From Franconibacter pulveris DSM 19144 (GTDB lineage: Bacteria; Pseudomonadota; Gammaproteobacteria; Enterobacterales; Enterobacteriaceae), in NCBI GenBank assembly GCA_000621185.1, contig KK211223.1, positions 1 through 64,000 of the forward strand: DNA of 64,000 nt, written 5' to 3'. The translations under genes were made by a program, and so were the position numbers. Below, in pieces: positions 1 to 11,600 of the stretch. The notes beneath the pieces are model-generated. The model was not told the origin of the DNA. It worked only from the letters and a program-made list of their open reading frames with translations, and searched no databases. Positions within the stretch are counted from its first letter, which is position 1, and the number at the start of each line of letters is the position of its first letter.

Positions 1-141
1 AAACTTGCCCCGAGATGAGTTCTCCCTGAGACTTTAAGTCTCCTGAAGGAACGTTGAAGACGACGACGTTGATAGGCCGGGTGTGTAAGCGCAGCGATGC
101 GTTGAGCTAACCGGTACTAATGAACCGTGAGGCTTAACCTT
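1..141 (+). rRNA. rrl: 23S rRNA, 3' terminal fragment (partial)
   Basis: Ends ...GGTACTAATGAACCGTGAGGCTTAACCTT, the canonical 23S 3' end, followed by a ~90 nt spacer to the 5S gene. Confidence 0.85.
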
Positions 142-231
142 ACAACGCCGAAGATGTTTTGGCGTGATTTGAGAGAAATTCAGCTTGTGACGGATAAGCA
201 CTCATGGCGGAAGCGGTGGGTGAACAGAATC

Positions 232-351
232 TGCCTGGCGGCCGTAGCGCGGTGGTCCCACCTGACCCCATGCCGAACTCAGAAGTGAAACGCCGTAGCG
301 CCGATGGTAGTGTGGGGCCTCCCCATGCGAGAGTAGGGAACTGCCAGGCAT
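232..351 (+). rRNA. rrf: 5S rRNA
   Basis: TGCCTGGCGGCCGTAGCGCGGTGGTCCCACCTGACCCCATGCCGAACTCAGAAGTGAAACGCCGTAGCGCCGATGGTAGTGTGGGG..CTCCCCATGCGAGAGTAGGGAACTGCCAGGCAT is near-identical to enterobacterial 5S. Confidence 0.95.
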
Positions 352-366
352 CAAACAAAGCAAAAA

Positions 367-391
367 ACCCGGTCTGACGACCGGGTTTTTT
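367..391 (+). terminator. rrn operon intrinsic terminator
   Basis: Hairpin AACCCGGTC-TGA-CGACCGGG followed by a T6 run. Confidence 0.7.
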
Positions 392-525
392 GCTATTCAG
401 CGGTACAGCAACGCCTTTTCCTGCCTTTGTATTCACGTTTGATAAAACAACAAAACTTCGCGCATTGCCCTGTTGCCCGATACAATTAACGTCTTCAATT
501 AAAAACAATAAAGCAGGGCAGCTGT

Positions 526-921
526 ATGAATATCCTGTACGTCACCATTCGTAAAAATCGCATGAGTCTGCGCGATTTGGATACCGGCCGGGAAGCGGTG
601 GGTCATGGCTCATTCAGTAATCAGCGTATCCTTATTGGCGCCTTCTTCGCCGCAGAAAAAGTTTTACGAGACCTGATTGAGCAGGTTAAACCGCAAGGTT
701 TGCTGGATCGGTTCGTCAGGCGCCAGCGCTACGACATCGTTATCGACGCGCTGGAGCTTAACGACGGCGGGTTGTCACAGGTTGAGGAGCGCGCCATCAT
801 GGAAATGGCAGCCGGCGCATCGGCTATGCGATACCGCCACATGGTGGTAGCCTGCGCTGTGCAGCCGCGAACTGACGATGCCGTGAGAGCGCTGCTTGCG
901 CAAAGCAGAAATCAGCGCTGA
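526..921 (+). CDS. yjaA: YjaA-like stress-response protein (131 aa)
   Basis: Position immediately after rrf and before divergent yjaB matches the E. coli rrnE-yjaA-yjaB-metA order. The sequence-level match is weak and recalled from memory only. Confidence 0.5.
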   Translation: MNILYVTIRKNRMSLRDLDTGREAVGHGSFSNQRILIGAFFAAEKVLRDLIEQVKPQGLLDRFVRRQRYDIVIDALELNDGGLSQVEERAIMEMAAGASAMRYRHMVVACAVQPRTDDAVRALLAQSRNQR

Positions 922-1352
922 TAGCGAAGGTGCAGCAGAGGATATGGCCTGCCTTCACTGTCTCTTTCGCTGCGCCCCGTAACGCTGAATCCCATCTTCT
1001 GATAAAAAACCACTGCCTGCACGTTCTGTTCATTAACGTCGGTTGTCAGTTCAGGAGCATAAGAAAGCGCATGGGCAATCAGCATACGGCCCACGCCCTT
1101 GCCGCGAAAATCCGGATCGACGAATAGCGCGTGCATATGTGCTCCTGATAACAGCATAAAGGCCACGGGAGCGTCATCGGACGTAACGGCGACCCAAAGC
1201 GGAGCGTCCGGCAAAAATGCCCGCACCTGTTTTTCGATTTCGATACGATCTGCAGGCTGCAAAAAAGTATGGGTAGCATCGACCGAGCGACACCAGATAT
1301 CACCCAGGGCTTCTCCTTCATCACGCCGGGCACGGCGTATCGTTATGCTCAT
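912..1352 (-). CDS. yjaB: GNAT-family N-acetyltransferase YjaB (146 aa)
   Basis: Complete 146-aa ORF carrying a GNAT acetyl-CoA motif (..RGKGVGRMLI..). Synteny upstream of metA. Confidence 0.75.
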   Translation of the reverse strand: MSITIRRARRDEGEALGDIWCRSVDATHTFLQPADRIEIEKQVRAFLPDAPLWVAVTSDDAPVAFMLLSGAHMHALFVDPDFRGKGVGRMLIAHALSYAPELTTDVNEQNVQAVVFYQKMGFSVTGRSERDSEGRPYPLLHLRYQR

Positions 1353-1466
1353 CGTGAGCTCCTTCTTATTGCGTTTTTGTTCTAACCTTTCCCGGTTCTT
1401 GAAACTTTCTCACCTTCAGCATGCAGGCTCGACATTCACGCCGAACCTGGTTATTGTCAGCTATCT

Positions 1467-1492
1467 GGATGTCTAAACGTTTAAACGTATGC
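1467..1492 (+). promoter_or_regulatory. Three tandem MetJ boxes (GATGTCTA AACGTTTA AACGTATG) in the metA promoter
   Basis: 8-bp repeats resembling the AGACGTCT metbox consensus, just upstream of the metA RBS. Confidence 0.5.
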
Positions 1493-1509
1493 AGTGAGGA
1501 AATAAGGTT

Positions 1510-2439
1510 ATGCCTATTCGGGTGCCTGATGAGTTACCAGCCGTCAATTTTCTGCGTCAGGAAAATGTCTTTGTGATGACCACATCACGCGCCATTAATC
1601 AGGAGATCCGTCCGCTTAAGGTCCTGATACTTAACCTCATGCCGAAAAAAATTGAGACGGAAAACCAGTTCCTGCGTTTACTCTCAAACTCCCCGTTGCA
1701 GCTGGATATTCAACTTTTGCGCATCGACAGCCGCGAGTCCCGCAACACGCCCGCTGAGCATCTGAATAACTTTTACTGTAACTTTGAAGATATTTGCGAT
1801 CAGAACTTCGACGGGCTTATCGTCACCGGCGCGCCGTTGGGCCTGGTCGAGTTTAATGACGTCGCCTATTGGCCGCAAATCCAGCAGGTCCTGGAGTGGG
1901 CGAAAGATCACGTTACGTCGACGCTGTTTGTCTGCTGGGCGGTTCAGGCGGCGTTAAATATCCTTTATGGTATTCCAAAGCAGACCCGTAAAGAGAAGCT
2001 TTCTGGCGTTTATGAGCACCACATCACCCAGCCTCATGCGCTGCTGACAAAAGGGTTTGATGATACGTTTCTGGCGCCGCATTCGCGCTACGCGGATTTC
2101 CCGGCCTCGCTTATTCGCGATTATACCGATCTCGATATTCTTGCCGAATCGGAAGAGGGGGACGCTTACCTGTTCGCCAGCAAAGATAAACGCATCGCCT
2201 TTGTTACCGGCCATCCGGAATATGACGCTAATACGCTTGCGAGCGAGTATTTCCGCGACGTCGAGGCGGGTCTGGACCCGCAGGTGCCTTATAACTATTT
2301 CCCGAACAACGATCCGCAAAACAAACCTCGCGCGACATGGCGTAGCCATGGAAATTTACTCTTTACGAACTGGCTTAATTACTTCGTCTACCAGATCACG
2401 CCATATGATCTTCGTCACATGAATCCCACGCTGGATTAA
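1510..2439 (+). CDS. metA: Homoserine O-succinyltransferase
   Basis: 309 aa beginning [28 protein letters not shown]..., near-identical to E. coli MetA. Confidence 0.95.
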   Translation: MPIRVPDELPAVNFLRQENVFVMTTSRAINQEIRPLKVLILNLMPKKIETENQFLRLLSNSPLQLDIQLLRIDSRESRNTPAEHLNNFYCNFEDICDQNFDGLIVTGAPLGLVEFNDVAYWPQIQQVLEWAKDHVTSTLFVCWAVQAALNILYGIPKQTRKEKLSGVYEHHITQPHALLTKGFDDTFLAPHSRYADFPASLIRDYTDLDILAESEEGDAYLFASKDKRIAFVTGHPEYDANTLASEYFRDVEAGLDPQVPYNYFPNNDPQNKPRATWRSHGNLLFTNWLNYFVYQITPYDLRHMNPTLD

Positions 2440-2458
2440 GCGATTCAGCCTCCCATGA

Positions 2459-2488
2459 CAGGCGCCTGCGGGCGCCTTTTTTTTTTTA
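2459..2488 (+). terminator. metA intrinsic terminator
   Basis: CAGGCGCC-TGCG-GGCGCC hairpin followed by a T10 run. Confidence 0.65.
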
Positions 2489-2559
2489 AAAAACCATCCA
2501 ATTGCATAGAAAATTTTAAATTCATTAAAATCAGTAACTTATATGCATTTTAAATCAAA

Positions 2560-2590
2560 AATGGAAATTGTTTTTGATTTTGAAAATGGT
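2560..2590 (+). promoter_or_regulatory. IclR-box-like element in the aceB promoter (AATGGAAATTGTTTTTGATTTTGAAAATGG)
   Basis: Resembles the TGGAAAT..ATTTCCA IclR operator and the remembered E. coli aceB upstream sequence. Confidence 0.35.
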
Positions 2591-2687
2591 TTGATTACTC
2601 TTATTCCTGCTGAACGAAAAACGCACGCCTTTGGTTTCGTTCGCGATCGCATCTTTCTTTCACGGATCAACAGAGAGGATCGCAGTC

Positions 2688-4286
2688 ATGAATCAGCAAG
2701 CCACCACCACCGAACTGGCATTCAACCAGCCCTTTAGCGAGCGGGAACGGCAAATACTGACGCCTGAAGCCGTTGAGTTTTTAAGCGAACTGGTTGCCCG
2801 CTTTACGCCGCAGCGTAACAAGTTATTAGCTGCCAGAACGCAGGTACAGCAGGAAATCGATGCCGGCAAGCTGCCCGATTTTATTTCGGAAACGGCTTCC
2901 ATAAGAGAAAGCGAATGGACTATTCGCGGTATTCCAGAGGACTTACAGGATCGCCGCGTTGAAATCACCGGCCCTGTAGAGCGCAAAATGGTGATCAATG
3001 CGCTAAACGCCAATGTGAAAGTCTTCATGGCCGATTTTGAAGACTCGCTGGCGCCAAACTGGGAGAAAGTGATCGACGGGCAGATCAACCTGCGGGATGC
3101 GGTGAAAGGCACCATCACCTGGACCAGTGAAGCTGGCAAAATCTACCAACTGAAGCCCAATCCTGCGGTGTTGATCTGCCGGGTGCGCGGCCTGCATCTC
3201 CCGGAAAAACATGTTACCTGGCGCGGTGAAGCGATCCCTGGCAGCCTGTTCGACTTCGCGCTCTATTTTTTCCACAACCACGAAACCCTGCTCGCCAAAG
3301 GCAGCGGCCCCTATTTCTACCTGCCGAAAACCCAGTCATGGCAGGAGGCCGCCTGGTGGAGCGAGGTTTTCAGCTATACCGAAGACCGCTTCAGCCTGCC
3401 GCGCGGCACCATCAAAGCAACCTTGTTAATCGAAACGCTGCCGGCGGTTTTCCAGATGGACGAGATCCTTCATGCGATGCGCGACCATATCGTGGGTCTT
3501 AACTGCGGCCGCTGGGATTACATTTTCAGCTACATCAAAACGCTCAAAAACCACCCGGATCGCGTGCTGCCCGACCGCCAGAGCGTAACAATGGATAAAC
3601 CCTTTCTGAATGCGTATTCGCGGCTGCTGATTAAAACCTGCCACCGCCGCGGGGCCTTCGCAATGGGCGGTATGGCGGCGTTTATCCCGAGTAAAGATAG
3701 CCAGCGTAACGACTGGGTGCTGAATAAGGTTAAAGCGGATAAAGAGCTCGAAGCGAACAATGGTCACGACGGCACCTGGATTGCGCATCCCGGGCTTGGC
3801 GATACGGTGATGGCGGTCTTTGACAAGGCGCTGGGGGAAAACAAAAACCAGCTGCGCGTCACCCGGGAAGAAGATGCGCCCATTACTGCGCAAGCGCTGC
3901 TGGCGCCTTGCGAAGGCGAGCGTACGGAAGAGGGGATGCGCGCCAATATCCGCGTGGCGGTACAGTACATTGAAGCCTGGATTTCAGGCAACGGCTGCGT
4001 GCCGATTTACGGCCTGATGGAAGATGCCGCGACGGCGGAGATCTCCCGTACCTCTATCTGGCAGTGGATCCACCATCAGAAAACCTTAAGCAACGGCAAG
4101 CTGGTGACCAAAGATCTCTTCCGCCAGATGCTCGCCGAAGAGATGCAGGTCATCCAGGAAGAGCTGGGCGAACAGCGCTTCAGCCATGGCCGCTTTGTAG
4201 AGGCCGCGCGCCTGATGGAGCAAATCACCACCTCGGACGAGCTTATCGACTTCCTCACGCTGCCAGGCTACCGCCTGCTGGCCTGA
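2688..4286 (+). CDS. aceB: Malate synthase A
   Basis: Internal ATG giving [12 protein letters not shown]... (532 aa) matches E. coli AceB. The 19 codons upstream in the tool ORF lack an orthologous counterpart. Confidence 0.95.
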   Translation: MNQQATTTELAFNQPFSERERQILTPEAVEFLSELVARFTPQRNKLLAARTQVQQEIDAGKLPDFISETASIRESEWTIRGIPEDLQDRRVEITGPVERKMVINALNANVKVFMADFEDSLAPNWEKVIDGQINLRDAVKGTITWTSEAGKIYQLKPNPAVLICRVRGLHLPEKHVTWRGEAIPGSLFDFALYFFHNHETLLAKGSGPYFYLPKTQSWQEAAWWSEVFSYTEDRFSLPRGTIKATLLIETLPAVFQMDEILHAMRDHIVGLNCGRWDYIFSYIKTLKNHPDRVLPDRQSVTMDKPFLNAYSRLLIKTCHRRGAFAMGGMAAFIPSKDSQRNDWVLNKVKADKELEANNGHDGTWIAHPGLGDTVMAVFDKALGENKNQLRVTREEDAPITAQALLAPCEGERTEEGMRANIRVAVQYIEAWISGNGCVPIYGLMEDAATAEISRTSIWQWIHHQKTLSNGKLVTKDLFRQMLAEEMQVIQEELGEQRFSHGRFVEAARLMEQITTSDELIDFLTLPGYRLLA

Positions 4287-4321
4287 CCCTACGCCACCCT
4301 ACTAATAAGGAGCATCTGCCT

Positions 4322-5629
4322 ATGAAAACGACACGTACCCAACAGATTGAGCAATTAGAGCAGGAATGGCAACAACCGCGCTGGGAAGGGATCCGTCGTC
4401 CTTACAGCGCGCAGGAGGTGGTAAAGCTGCGCGGTTCGGTGAACCCGGAATGCACGCTGGCGCAGTTGGGCGCGGCGAAAATGTGGCGTTTGCTGCATGG
4501 CGACGCGAAAAAAGGCTATATCAACAGCCTCGGCGCGCTGACCGGCGGCCAGGCGTTGCAACAGGCGAAAGCGGGGATTGAGGCGGTTTACCTTTCCGGT
4601 TGGCAGGTCGCAGCCGATGCTAACCTGGCGTCCAGCATGTACCCGGATCAATCGCTCTACCCGGCTAACTCCGTGCCTTCGGTAGTGGAGCGGATCAACA
4701 ATACGTTTCGCCGTGCGGATCAGATCCAGTGGGCTGCCGGCATTGAGCCGGGCGATCCGCGCTATGTCGATTATTTCCTGCCGATTGTGGCGGATGCCGA
4801 AGCGGGATTTGGCGGCGTGCTGAACGCCTTTGAACTGATGAAATCGATGATTGAAGCGGGCGCGGCGGCGGTACATTTTGAAGATCAGCTCGCCTCGGTG
4901 AAAAAGTGCGGTCATATGGGCGGGAAAGTGCTGGTGCCGACTCAGGAAGCTATCCAGAAGCTGGTGGCGGCGCGCCTGGCGGCAGATGTGATGGGCGTGC
5001 CGACGCTGTTAATCGCCCGCACCGACGCCGACGCGGCGGATCTGATTACCTCCGATTGCGACCCCTACGACAGCGAGTTCATTACCGGCGAGCGCACCAG
5101 TGAAGGCTTTTACCGCACTCGTGCGGGCGTAGAGCAGGCTATCAGCCGGGGGCTGGCGTATGCCCCTTATGCCGACCTGGTATGGTGTGAAACGTCCACG
5201 CCCGATCTCGCTCAGGCCAGGCGCTTCGCCGAAGCGATTCATGCCCGTTTCCCCGGCAAGCTGCTCGCCTACAACTGCTCGCCTTCGTTTAACTGGCAGA
5301 AGAATCTGGATGATAAAACCATCGCCAGCTTCCAGCAGCAGCTGTCGGACATGGGCTACAAGTACCAGTTCATCACGCTCGCAGGGATTCACAGCATGTG
5401 GTTCAACATGTTCGACCTGGCGCACGCCTATGCACAGGGCGAAGGGATGAAGCACTACGTTGAGAAGGTGCAGCAGCCGGAATTCGCGGCCGGGAAAGAA
5501 GGGTACACCTTCGTTTCGCATCAGCAAGAGGTGGGCACCGGCTATTTCGACAACGTGACCACCATTATCCAGGGCGGCGCGTCGTCCGTCACGGCGCTGA
5601 CCGGCTCAACAGAGGAAGCGCAGTTCTAG
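4322..5629 (+). CDS. aceA: Isocitrate lyase
   Basis: [24 protein letters not shown]... (435 aa) is >90% identical to E. coli AceA. The ORF-track N-terminal extension overlaps aceB and is spurious. Confidence 0.95.
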   Translation: MKTTRTQQIEQLEQEWQQPRWEGIRRPYSAQEVVKLRGSVNPECTLAQLGAAKMWRLLHGDAKKGYINSLGALTGGQALQQAKAGIEAVYLSGWQVAADANLASSMYPDQSLYPANSVPSVVERINNTFRRADQIQWAAGIEPGDPRYVDYFLPIVADAEAGFGGVLNAFELMKSMIEAGAAAVHFEDQLASVKKCGHMGGKVLVPTQEAIQKLVAARLAADVMGVPTLLIARTDADAADLITSDCDPYDSEFITGERTSEGFYRTRAGVEQAISRGLAYAPYADLVWCETSTPDLAQARRFAEAIHARFPGKLLAYNCSPSFNWQKNLDDKTIASFQQQLSDMGYKYQFITLAGIHSMWFNMFDLAHAYAQGEGMKHYVEKVQQPEFAAGKEGYTFVSHQQEVGTGYFDNVTTIIQGGASSVTALTGSTEEAQF

Positions 5630-5639
5630 CGGCAAATCC

Positions 5640-5700
5640 TCACCTGGCCCTCTCCCTTAACGGGAGAGGGAAAAGGCGGGCTGGCCTGTTCCCTCTTTCC
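5640..5700. repeat. REP-like palindromic intergenic element (CCCTCTCCC-TTAAC-GGGAGAGGG core)
   Basis: Perfect 9-bp inverted repeat at 5649–5671 in the aceA-aceK spacer, where E. coli also carries REPs. A second copy of the same core lies at 29926. Confidence 0.45.
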
Positions 5701-5855
5701 GGTGGAAGAAACGCGCAGAGCGGGTAAGCGCCAGCCGCCATGCGCTGTGGGCTCAGGTCAGTCGCTCCGCCTTTCCCTTCCTGGCAGAGGGGCAGGACAA
5801 GGCGCAAACAGGGCCGCAACGTTGTTTCTCTCATCTTCACACCAGGAGCCTGTCT

Positions 5856-7577
5856 ATGTCGCGTGGACTGGAACTGCTTGTCGCTCAAACCATTCTGCAG
5901 GGCTTCGACGCCCAGTACGGGCGCTTTCTGGAAGTGACCTCCGGCGCGCAGCAGCGCTTCGAGCAGGCTGACTGGCACGCCGTCCAGCAGGCGATGAAAA
6001 GCCGTATCCACCTTTACGATCATCACGTGGGCCTGGTGGTGGAGCAGCTAAAGTGCATTACCGAGGGGAAAGGCGCTGACGCTGATTTTCTGCTGCGCGT
6101 TAAACAGCATTACACCGCGCTGTTGCCCGACTACCCACGTTTCGAGATTGCCGAAAGCTTTTTCAACTCTGTTTATTGCCGGCTTTTCGACCACCGCGCG
6201 CTCAGCCCTGAACGGCTGTTTATCTTCAGCTCGCAGCCCGAACGGCGCTTTCGCACCATTCCCCGTCCGCTGGCGAAAGACTTCTATCCGCAGCAGGGAT
6301 GGCGGGAATTGCTTACCACGCTGCTTAGCGATCTCCCGCTGCGCTTGCGCTGGCAAAATCTCGCGCGGGATGTGGGCTATATTATTGCGCACCTCACCGA
6401 AACCCTCGGGGCGCAGATGCTGCAGAACGCGCATTTGCAGGTGGCGAATGAGCTCTTCTACCGCAACAAAGCGGCCTGGCTGGTGGGCAAGCTGGTGCTG
6501 CCGGGCGGCACGCTGCCGTTTCTGCTGCCCATTCACCGCACGGAAGAGGGCGAATTGTTTGTTGACGCCTGCCTGACCACCAGCGCCGAGGCGAGCATCG
6601 TTTTCGGTTTCGCCCGCTCTTATTTTATGGTCTACGCGCCGCTGCCCGCCGCGCTGGTGGAGTGGCTGCGGGAGATCCTGCCGGGCAAAACCACCGCCGA
6701 GCTTTATATGGCGATAGGCTGCCAGAAGCACGGCAAAACGGAGAGCTACCGCGAATACCTCAACTACATCACCCGCACCGACGAGCAGTTTATCGAAGCG
6801 CCCGGCATTCGCGGTATGGTCATGCTGGTCTTCACGCTGCCGGGCTTTGACCGGGTATTTAAAGTGATTAAAGACCGCTTCGCGCCGCAGAAAGAGGTGA
6901 CCGAAGCGCACGTTCGCGCCTGCTACCAACTGGTAAAAGAGCATGACCGCGTCGGGCGGATGGCGGATACCCAGGAGTTTGAAAACTTCGTGCTGACAAA
7001 AAGCCAGATAAGCCCGCCGCTGCTGGCGCTGCTGCAACAGGAAGCGCCGCGCAAGCTCACCGATCTGGGCGACAGGATAGTCATCAGCCATCTCTATATT
7101 GAGCGGCGTATGGTGCCGCTGAACCTGTGGCTGGAGCAGGCAAGCGGCCAACAGCTGCGCGATGCGGTAGAGGAGTATGGCAACGCCATCCGGCAACTCG
7201 CCGCCGCGAATATCTTCCCGGGCGACATGCTGTTTAAGAATTTCGGCGTCACCCGCCATGGACGGGTAGTGTTCTATGACTACGACGAAATTTGCTATAT
7301 GACCGAGGTGAATTTTCGGGATATTCCGCCGCCGCGCTACCCGGAAGATGAACTGAGCGCTGAGCCGTGGTACAGCGTAGCGCCGGGCGACGTTTTCCCC
7401 GAGGAGTTCCGCCACTGGCTTTGCGCCGACCCGCAAATCGGTCCGCTGTTTGAGGAGATGCACAGCGAGCTTTTCAGCGCAGCTTACTGGCGGTCGCTTC
7501 AGGCGCGCATTCGCGAAGGGCATGTGGAGGATGTTTACGCCTACCGCAGGCATCAGCGTTTTTGTCTGCGCGGGTAA
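5856..7577 (+). CDS. aceK: Isocitrate dehydrogenase kinase/phosphatase
   Basis: 573 aa beginning [43 protein letters not shown]..., very close to E. coli AceK. Confidence 0.95.
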   Translation: MSRGLELLVAQTILQGFDAQYGRFLEVTSGAQQRFEQADWHAVQQAMKSRIHLYDHHVGLVVEQLKCITEGKGADADFLLRVKQHYTALLPDYPRFEIAESFFNSVYCRLFDHRALSPERLFIFSSQPERRFRTIPRPLAKDFYPQQGWRELLTTLLSDLPLRLRWQNLARDVGYIIAHLTETLGAQMLQNAHLQVANELFYRNKAAWLVGKLVLPGGTLPFLLPIHRTEEGELFVDACLTTSAEASIVFGFARSYFMVYAPLPAALVEWLREILPGKTTAELYMAIGCQKHGKTESYREYLNYITRTDEQFIEAPGIRGMVMLVFTLPGFDRVFKVIKDRFAPQKEVTEAHVRACYQLVKEHDRVGRMADTQEFENFVLTKSQISPPLLALLQQEAPRKLTDLGDRIVISHLYIERRMVPLNLWLEQASGQQLRDAVEEYGNAIRQLAAANIFPGDMLFKNFGVTRHGRVVFYDYDEICYMTEVNFRDIPPPRYPEDELSAEPWYSVAPGDVFPEEFRHWLCADPQIGPLFEEMHSELFSAAYWRSLQARIREGHVEDVYAYRRHQRFCLRG

Positions 7578-7582
7578 AAGCA

Positions 7583-7612
7583 AAACGGCAAACCTGAGGC
7601 TGCCGTTTTGCT
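7583..7612. terminator. Bidirectional aceK/iclR terminator
   Basis: AAAACGGCA-AACCTGAGG-CTGCCGTTTT hairpin flanked by A and T runs. Confidence 0.6.
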
Positions 7613-7661
7613 ATTTGCGCCGCTCGTCGGTGAGAAGCAGGGCGTAAGGCAGTTTCTTCTC

Positions 7662-8495
7662 TTAACGTACCCCGCCGTAAGCCAGCGTCACCTCTTTCGC
7701 CGCTTTGATAACCAGCGCCCCCAGCTCCGTTACGCGGTCGTCGGTAATGCGCGAAACCGGGCCGGAGAGGGAAATCGCGGCGAAGGCTTCATGATGCTCA
7801 TCGTAAATACAGGCCGCCACGCAGCGCAGCCCCAGCGCATGTTCTTCGTCATCGAAGGAGTAGCCGCGCTTGCGGGTCTGGGCCAAATCTTCTTTCAGAT
7901 GCAGCGGCGAAACCAGCGTCGCATGGGTGTAGGTGTGAAGCCCCTGGCGGTGCAGCAGGCTGGTCACCTCTTCGTCGCTTAGCTGCGATAAAAACGCCTT
8001 GCCCGCGCCGGAGGCGTGCATCGGTAGTTTACCGCCGATGGGGGCGGACATGCGCATCAGTTGGGTGCACTGCACCTGATCGATAATAATCGCCTGATGA
8101 TCGCTTTTATCCAGCACCGCGAGGTTGACCGTTTCGCCGGAGCTCTCCATCAGCTTACGCAGAATGGGATGCACAATCGCCAGCAAATTGCGGCTTTGCA
8201 AAAAGCTGCTGCCGACCATAAAAGCGTGGGCGCCAATCGCCCAGTGCCCGAGGTCGCCAACCTGGCGCACGAAACCCAGTTGCTGCATCGTGGTGAGCAG
8301 ACGGTGGGTGGTGGAGTTGGGCAAGCCCGCCTGCTGGGCGAGTTCCGTCAGCGCCACGCTACCCTGCGACTCGGCGATCCATTCCAGTAACTTCAGCCCG
8401 CGCGTCAGCGACTGCACCTGACCGGTGGCCTGCGGCGCAGCGGCGGCGGCGGCGCGGGGTTTCTTGCCGCGTTTAGCGGGAACAGCAGCGACCAT
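7662..8495 (-). CDS. iclR: Glyoxylate-shunt repressor IclR
   Basis: 277 aa beginning MVAAVPAKRGKKPRAAAAAAPQATGQVQSLTRGLKLLEWIAES..., very close to E. coli IclR. No arpA sits between aceK and iclR. Confidence 0.95.
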   Translation of the reverse strand: MVAAVPAKRGKKPRAAAAAAPQATGQVQSLTRGLKLLEWIAESQGSVALTELAQQAGLPNSTTHRLLTTMQQLGFVRQVGDLGHWAIGAHAFMVGSSFLQSRNLLAIVHPILRKLMESSGETVNLAVLDKSDHQAIIIDQVQCTQLMRMSAPIGGKLPMHASGAGKAFLSQLSDEEVTSLLHRQGLHTYTHATLVSPLHLKEDLAQTRKRGYSFDDEEHALGLRCVAACIYDEHHEAFAAISLSGPVSRITDDRVTELGALVIKAAKEVTLAYGGVR

Positions 8496-8517
8496 GGCGG
8501 CCTCCTTTTCTGTATCG

Positions 8518-8532
8518 TGGAAATAATTTTCG
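8518..8532. promoter_or_regulatory. IclR autoregulatory box (TGGAAATAATTTTCG)
   Basis: Matches the TGGAAATnATTTCCA consensus just upstream of the iclR start. Confidence 0.35.
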
Positions 8533-8687
8533 TTTTATTTGGCGATAATGCAACCGTCGTACTACTCATCGGAGGAGTTGATAGTGAACATGTCTCAAGT
8601 TGCCGTCGCTCGCCTTTTCCGCCAGGGGGGATTATGCCAGTATGGTCTGCTGGCCTGTTGGGCCTTTATGTGTAGCCGGGAGTGAAT

Positions 8688-11600
8688 GTGAGTAGCAAAG
8701 TTGAGAAGCTGCGTCAGCAGCTAGCCGAACGTATTCTGGTGCTCGATGGCGGCATGGGCACCATGATCCAGAGTTACCGTCTGGAAGAGCAGGATTACCG
8801 CGGCGAGCGTTTCGCCGACTGGCCGTGTGACTTAAAGGGCAATAACGACCTTCTGGTGCTGACCAAACCGGAAACCATCGCCGCCATTCACTATGCCTAT
8901 TTTGAAGCGGGCGCGGATATCGTTGAGACTAACACCTTTAACTCAACCACCATCGCGATGGCCGATTACCAGATGGAAGCGCTGTCGGCGGAAATCAACT
9001 TTGCAGCGGCGAAGCTCGCCCGCGCCTGCGCTGATGAGTGGACGGCCCGCACGCCGGAAAAACCGCGCTACGTCGCAGGCGTGCTCGGCCCCACCAACCG
9101 CACCGCCTCTATTTCACCGGACGTTAACGACCCGGCTTACCGCAACGTCACCTTCGACCAGCTGGTGGAAGCCTACCGTGAATCCACCCGGGCGCTGGTG
9201 GAGGGCGGTTCAGATCTAATCCTGATTGAAACGGTTTTCGACACCCTTAACGCCAAAGCCGCTATTTTCGCCGTAAAAGCCGAGTTCGACGCGCTGGGCG
9301 TCGAGCTGCCAGTCATGATCTCCGGCACCATAACCGACGCCTCCGGGCGCACCCTCTCGGGCCAGACGACGGAGGCGTTTTACAACTCGCTGCGCCATGC
9401 GGACGCGCTCTCCTTCGGCCTTAACTGCGCGCTGGGGCCGGATGAGCTGCGTCAGTATGTGGCGGAACTCTCCCGCATCGCGGAATGCTACGTGACGGCG
9501 CACCCCAACGCCGGCCTGCCGAACGCCTTCGGCGAATACGATCTGGATGCCGACGTGATGGCCGGGCAAATCCGCGAATGGGCGGAGTCGGGCTTTCTGA
9601 ATATCGTCGGCGGCTGCTGCGGCACCACCCCGGCGCACATCGCCGCCATGAGCCGCGCGGTGGAAGGGTTGCCGCCGCGCAAGCTGCCAGAGATTCCGGT
9701 CGCTTGCCGCCTGGCGGGTCTGGAGCCGCTCAACATCGGCGACGACTCGCTGTTTGTGAACGTCGGCGAGCGCACCAACGTAACCGGCTCCGCCAAATTC
9801 AAGCGCCTTATCAAAGAAGAGAAGTACAGCGAAGCGCTGGATGTGGCGCGCCAGCAGGTCGAAAACGGCGCGCAGATAATCGACATCAACATGGATGAAG
9901 GGATGCTCGACGCCGAAGCGGCGATGGTGCGTTTCCTCAACCTGATCGCCGGCGAACCGGATATCGCTCGCGTGCCGATTATGATCGACTCCTCGAAATG
10001 GGAAGTCATTGAAAAGGGCCTCAAGTGCATTCAGGGCAAAGGCATCGTTAACTCTATCTCCATGAAAGAGGGCGTTGAAACCTTTATCCATCATGCGAAG
10101 CTGGTGCGTCGTTACGGCGCGGCGGTGGTGGTGATGGCCTTTGATGAAGTGGGCCAGGCGGATACCCGCGCGCGTAAAATCGAAATCTGTCGCCGGGCGT
10201 ACCAGATTCTCACCGAAGAAGTGGGCTTCCCGCCGGAAGATATTATTTTCGACCCGAACATCTTTGCGGTGGCGACGGGCATCGAAGAGCACAACAACTA
10301 CGCTCAGGACTTTATCGGCGCCTGCGAGGACATTAAGCGTGAGCTGCCCCATGCGCTGATTTCCGGCGGCGTATCGAACGTGTCGTTTTCGTTTCGCGGC
10401 AACGACCCGGTACGTGAAGCCATTCACGCGGTATTCCTCTATTACGCCATCCGCAACGGCATGGATATGGGGATCGTTAACGCCGGACAGCTGGCAATTT
10501 ACGACGATCTGCCCGCCGAGCTGCGCGATGCGGTAGAGGACGTTATTCTCAACCGCCGCGCCGACGGCACCGAGCGGCTGCTGGATCTGGCGGAGAAATA
10601 CCGCGGCAGCAAAAGCGACGCGGCGGCAGACCCGCAGCAGGCCGAATGGCGCTCGTGGGACGTAAAAAAACGCCTTGAATACTCGCTGGTAAAAGGCATT
10701 ACCGAGTTTATTGAGCAGGATACCGAGGAGGCGCGCCAGCAGGCGGCTCGTCCCATTGAAGTTATCGAAGGGCCGCTGATGGACGGGATGAACGTGGTCG
10801 GCGACCTCTTCGGCGAGGGCAAGATGTTCCTGCCGCAGGTGGTGAAATCCGCCCGCGTCATGAAACAGGCGGTGGCTTATCTTGAGCCGTACATTCAGGC
10901 CAGCAAAGAGGTTGGCAAAAGCAACGGCAAAATCGTTCTCGCCACGGTAAAAGGCGATGTGCACGACATCGGCAAAAATATCGTCGGCGTGGTGTTGCAG
11001 TGTAATAATTACGAAATCATCGATCTTGGCGTGATGGTGCCGATGGATAAAATCCTTAAAACCGCGCGCGAAGAAAAAGCCGATATCATTGGTCTTTCCG
11101 GGCTTATCACCCCGTCGCTCGATGAGATGGTGAACGTGGCGAAAGAGATGGAGCGCCAGGGCTTTACCCTGCCGCTGCTGATTGGCGGCGCGACCACCTC
11201 GAAAGCCCATACGGCGGTGAAAATCGAGCAGAACTACAGCGGGCCGACGGTCTATGTGCAGAACGCCTCGCGCACCGTAGGCGTCGTTTCGTCGCTGCTT
11301 TCCGACACGCTGCGCGACAGCTTTGTCGAACGTACCCGTAAGGAGTATGAAACCGTGCGTATCCAACATGGTCGTAAAAAACCCCGTACGCCGCCGGTTA
11401 CGCTTGCCGCGGCGCGGGAAAACGATCTCGCCTTCGACTGGGAGAGCTACACCCCGCCGGTGGCGCACCGACTGGGTGTGCAGGAAGTGACCGCCAGCAT
11501 CGAAACGCTGCGCAACTACATCGACTGGACGCCGTTCTTTATGACCTGGTCGCTTGCCGGCAAATACCCGCGCATTCTCGAAGATGACGTCGTAGGGGTT

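Noticed and set aside
140-508. 122-aa ORF spanning the 5S rRNA gene and rrn terminator
   Set aside because: It overlaps a bona fide 5S rRNA.
2631-2687. N-terminal extensions in the tool ORFs for aceB, aceA (4064), pgi (23935), malE (to 36329), lamB (37294), plsB (to 44606), dinF (45285), dnaB, alr and pspG
   Set aside because: Orthologue alignment and RBS positions support internal starts. The extensions overlap upstream genes or promoters.
6048-7583. 511-aa ORF antisense to aceK
   Set aside because: It lies entirely within, and opposite to, the strongly conserved aceK. It is a typical long antisense ORF of GC-rich coding DNA, with no RBS or homology signal.
7585-7660. arpA-like gene between aceK and iclR, as in E. 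coli K-12
   Set aside because: Only a 75-bp spacer with a terminator hairpin is present and no ORF is there. Likewise xylE (between psiE and malG), pepE/rluF and aphA are simply absent here.
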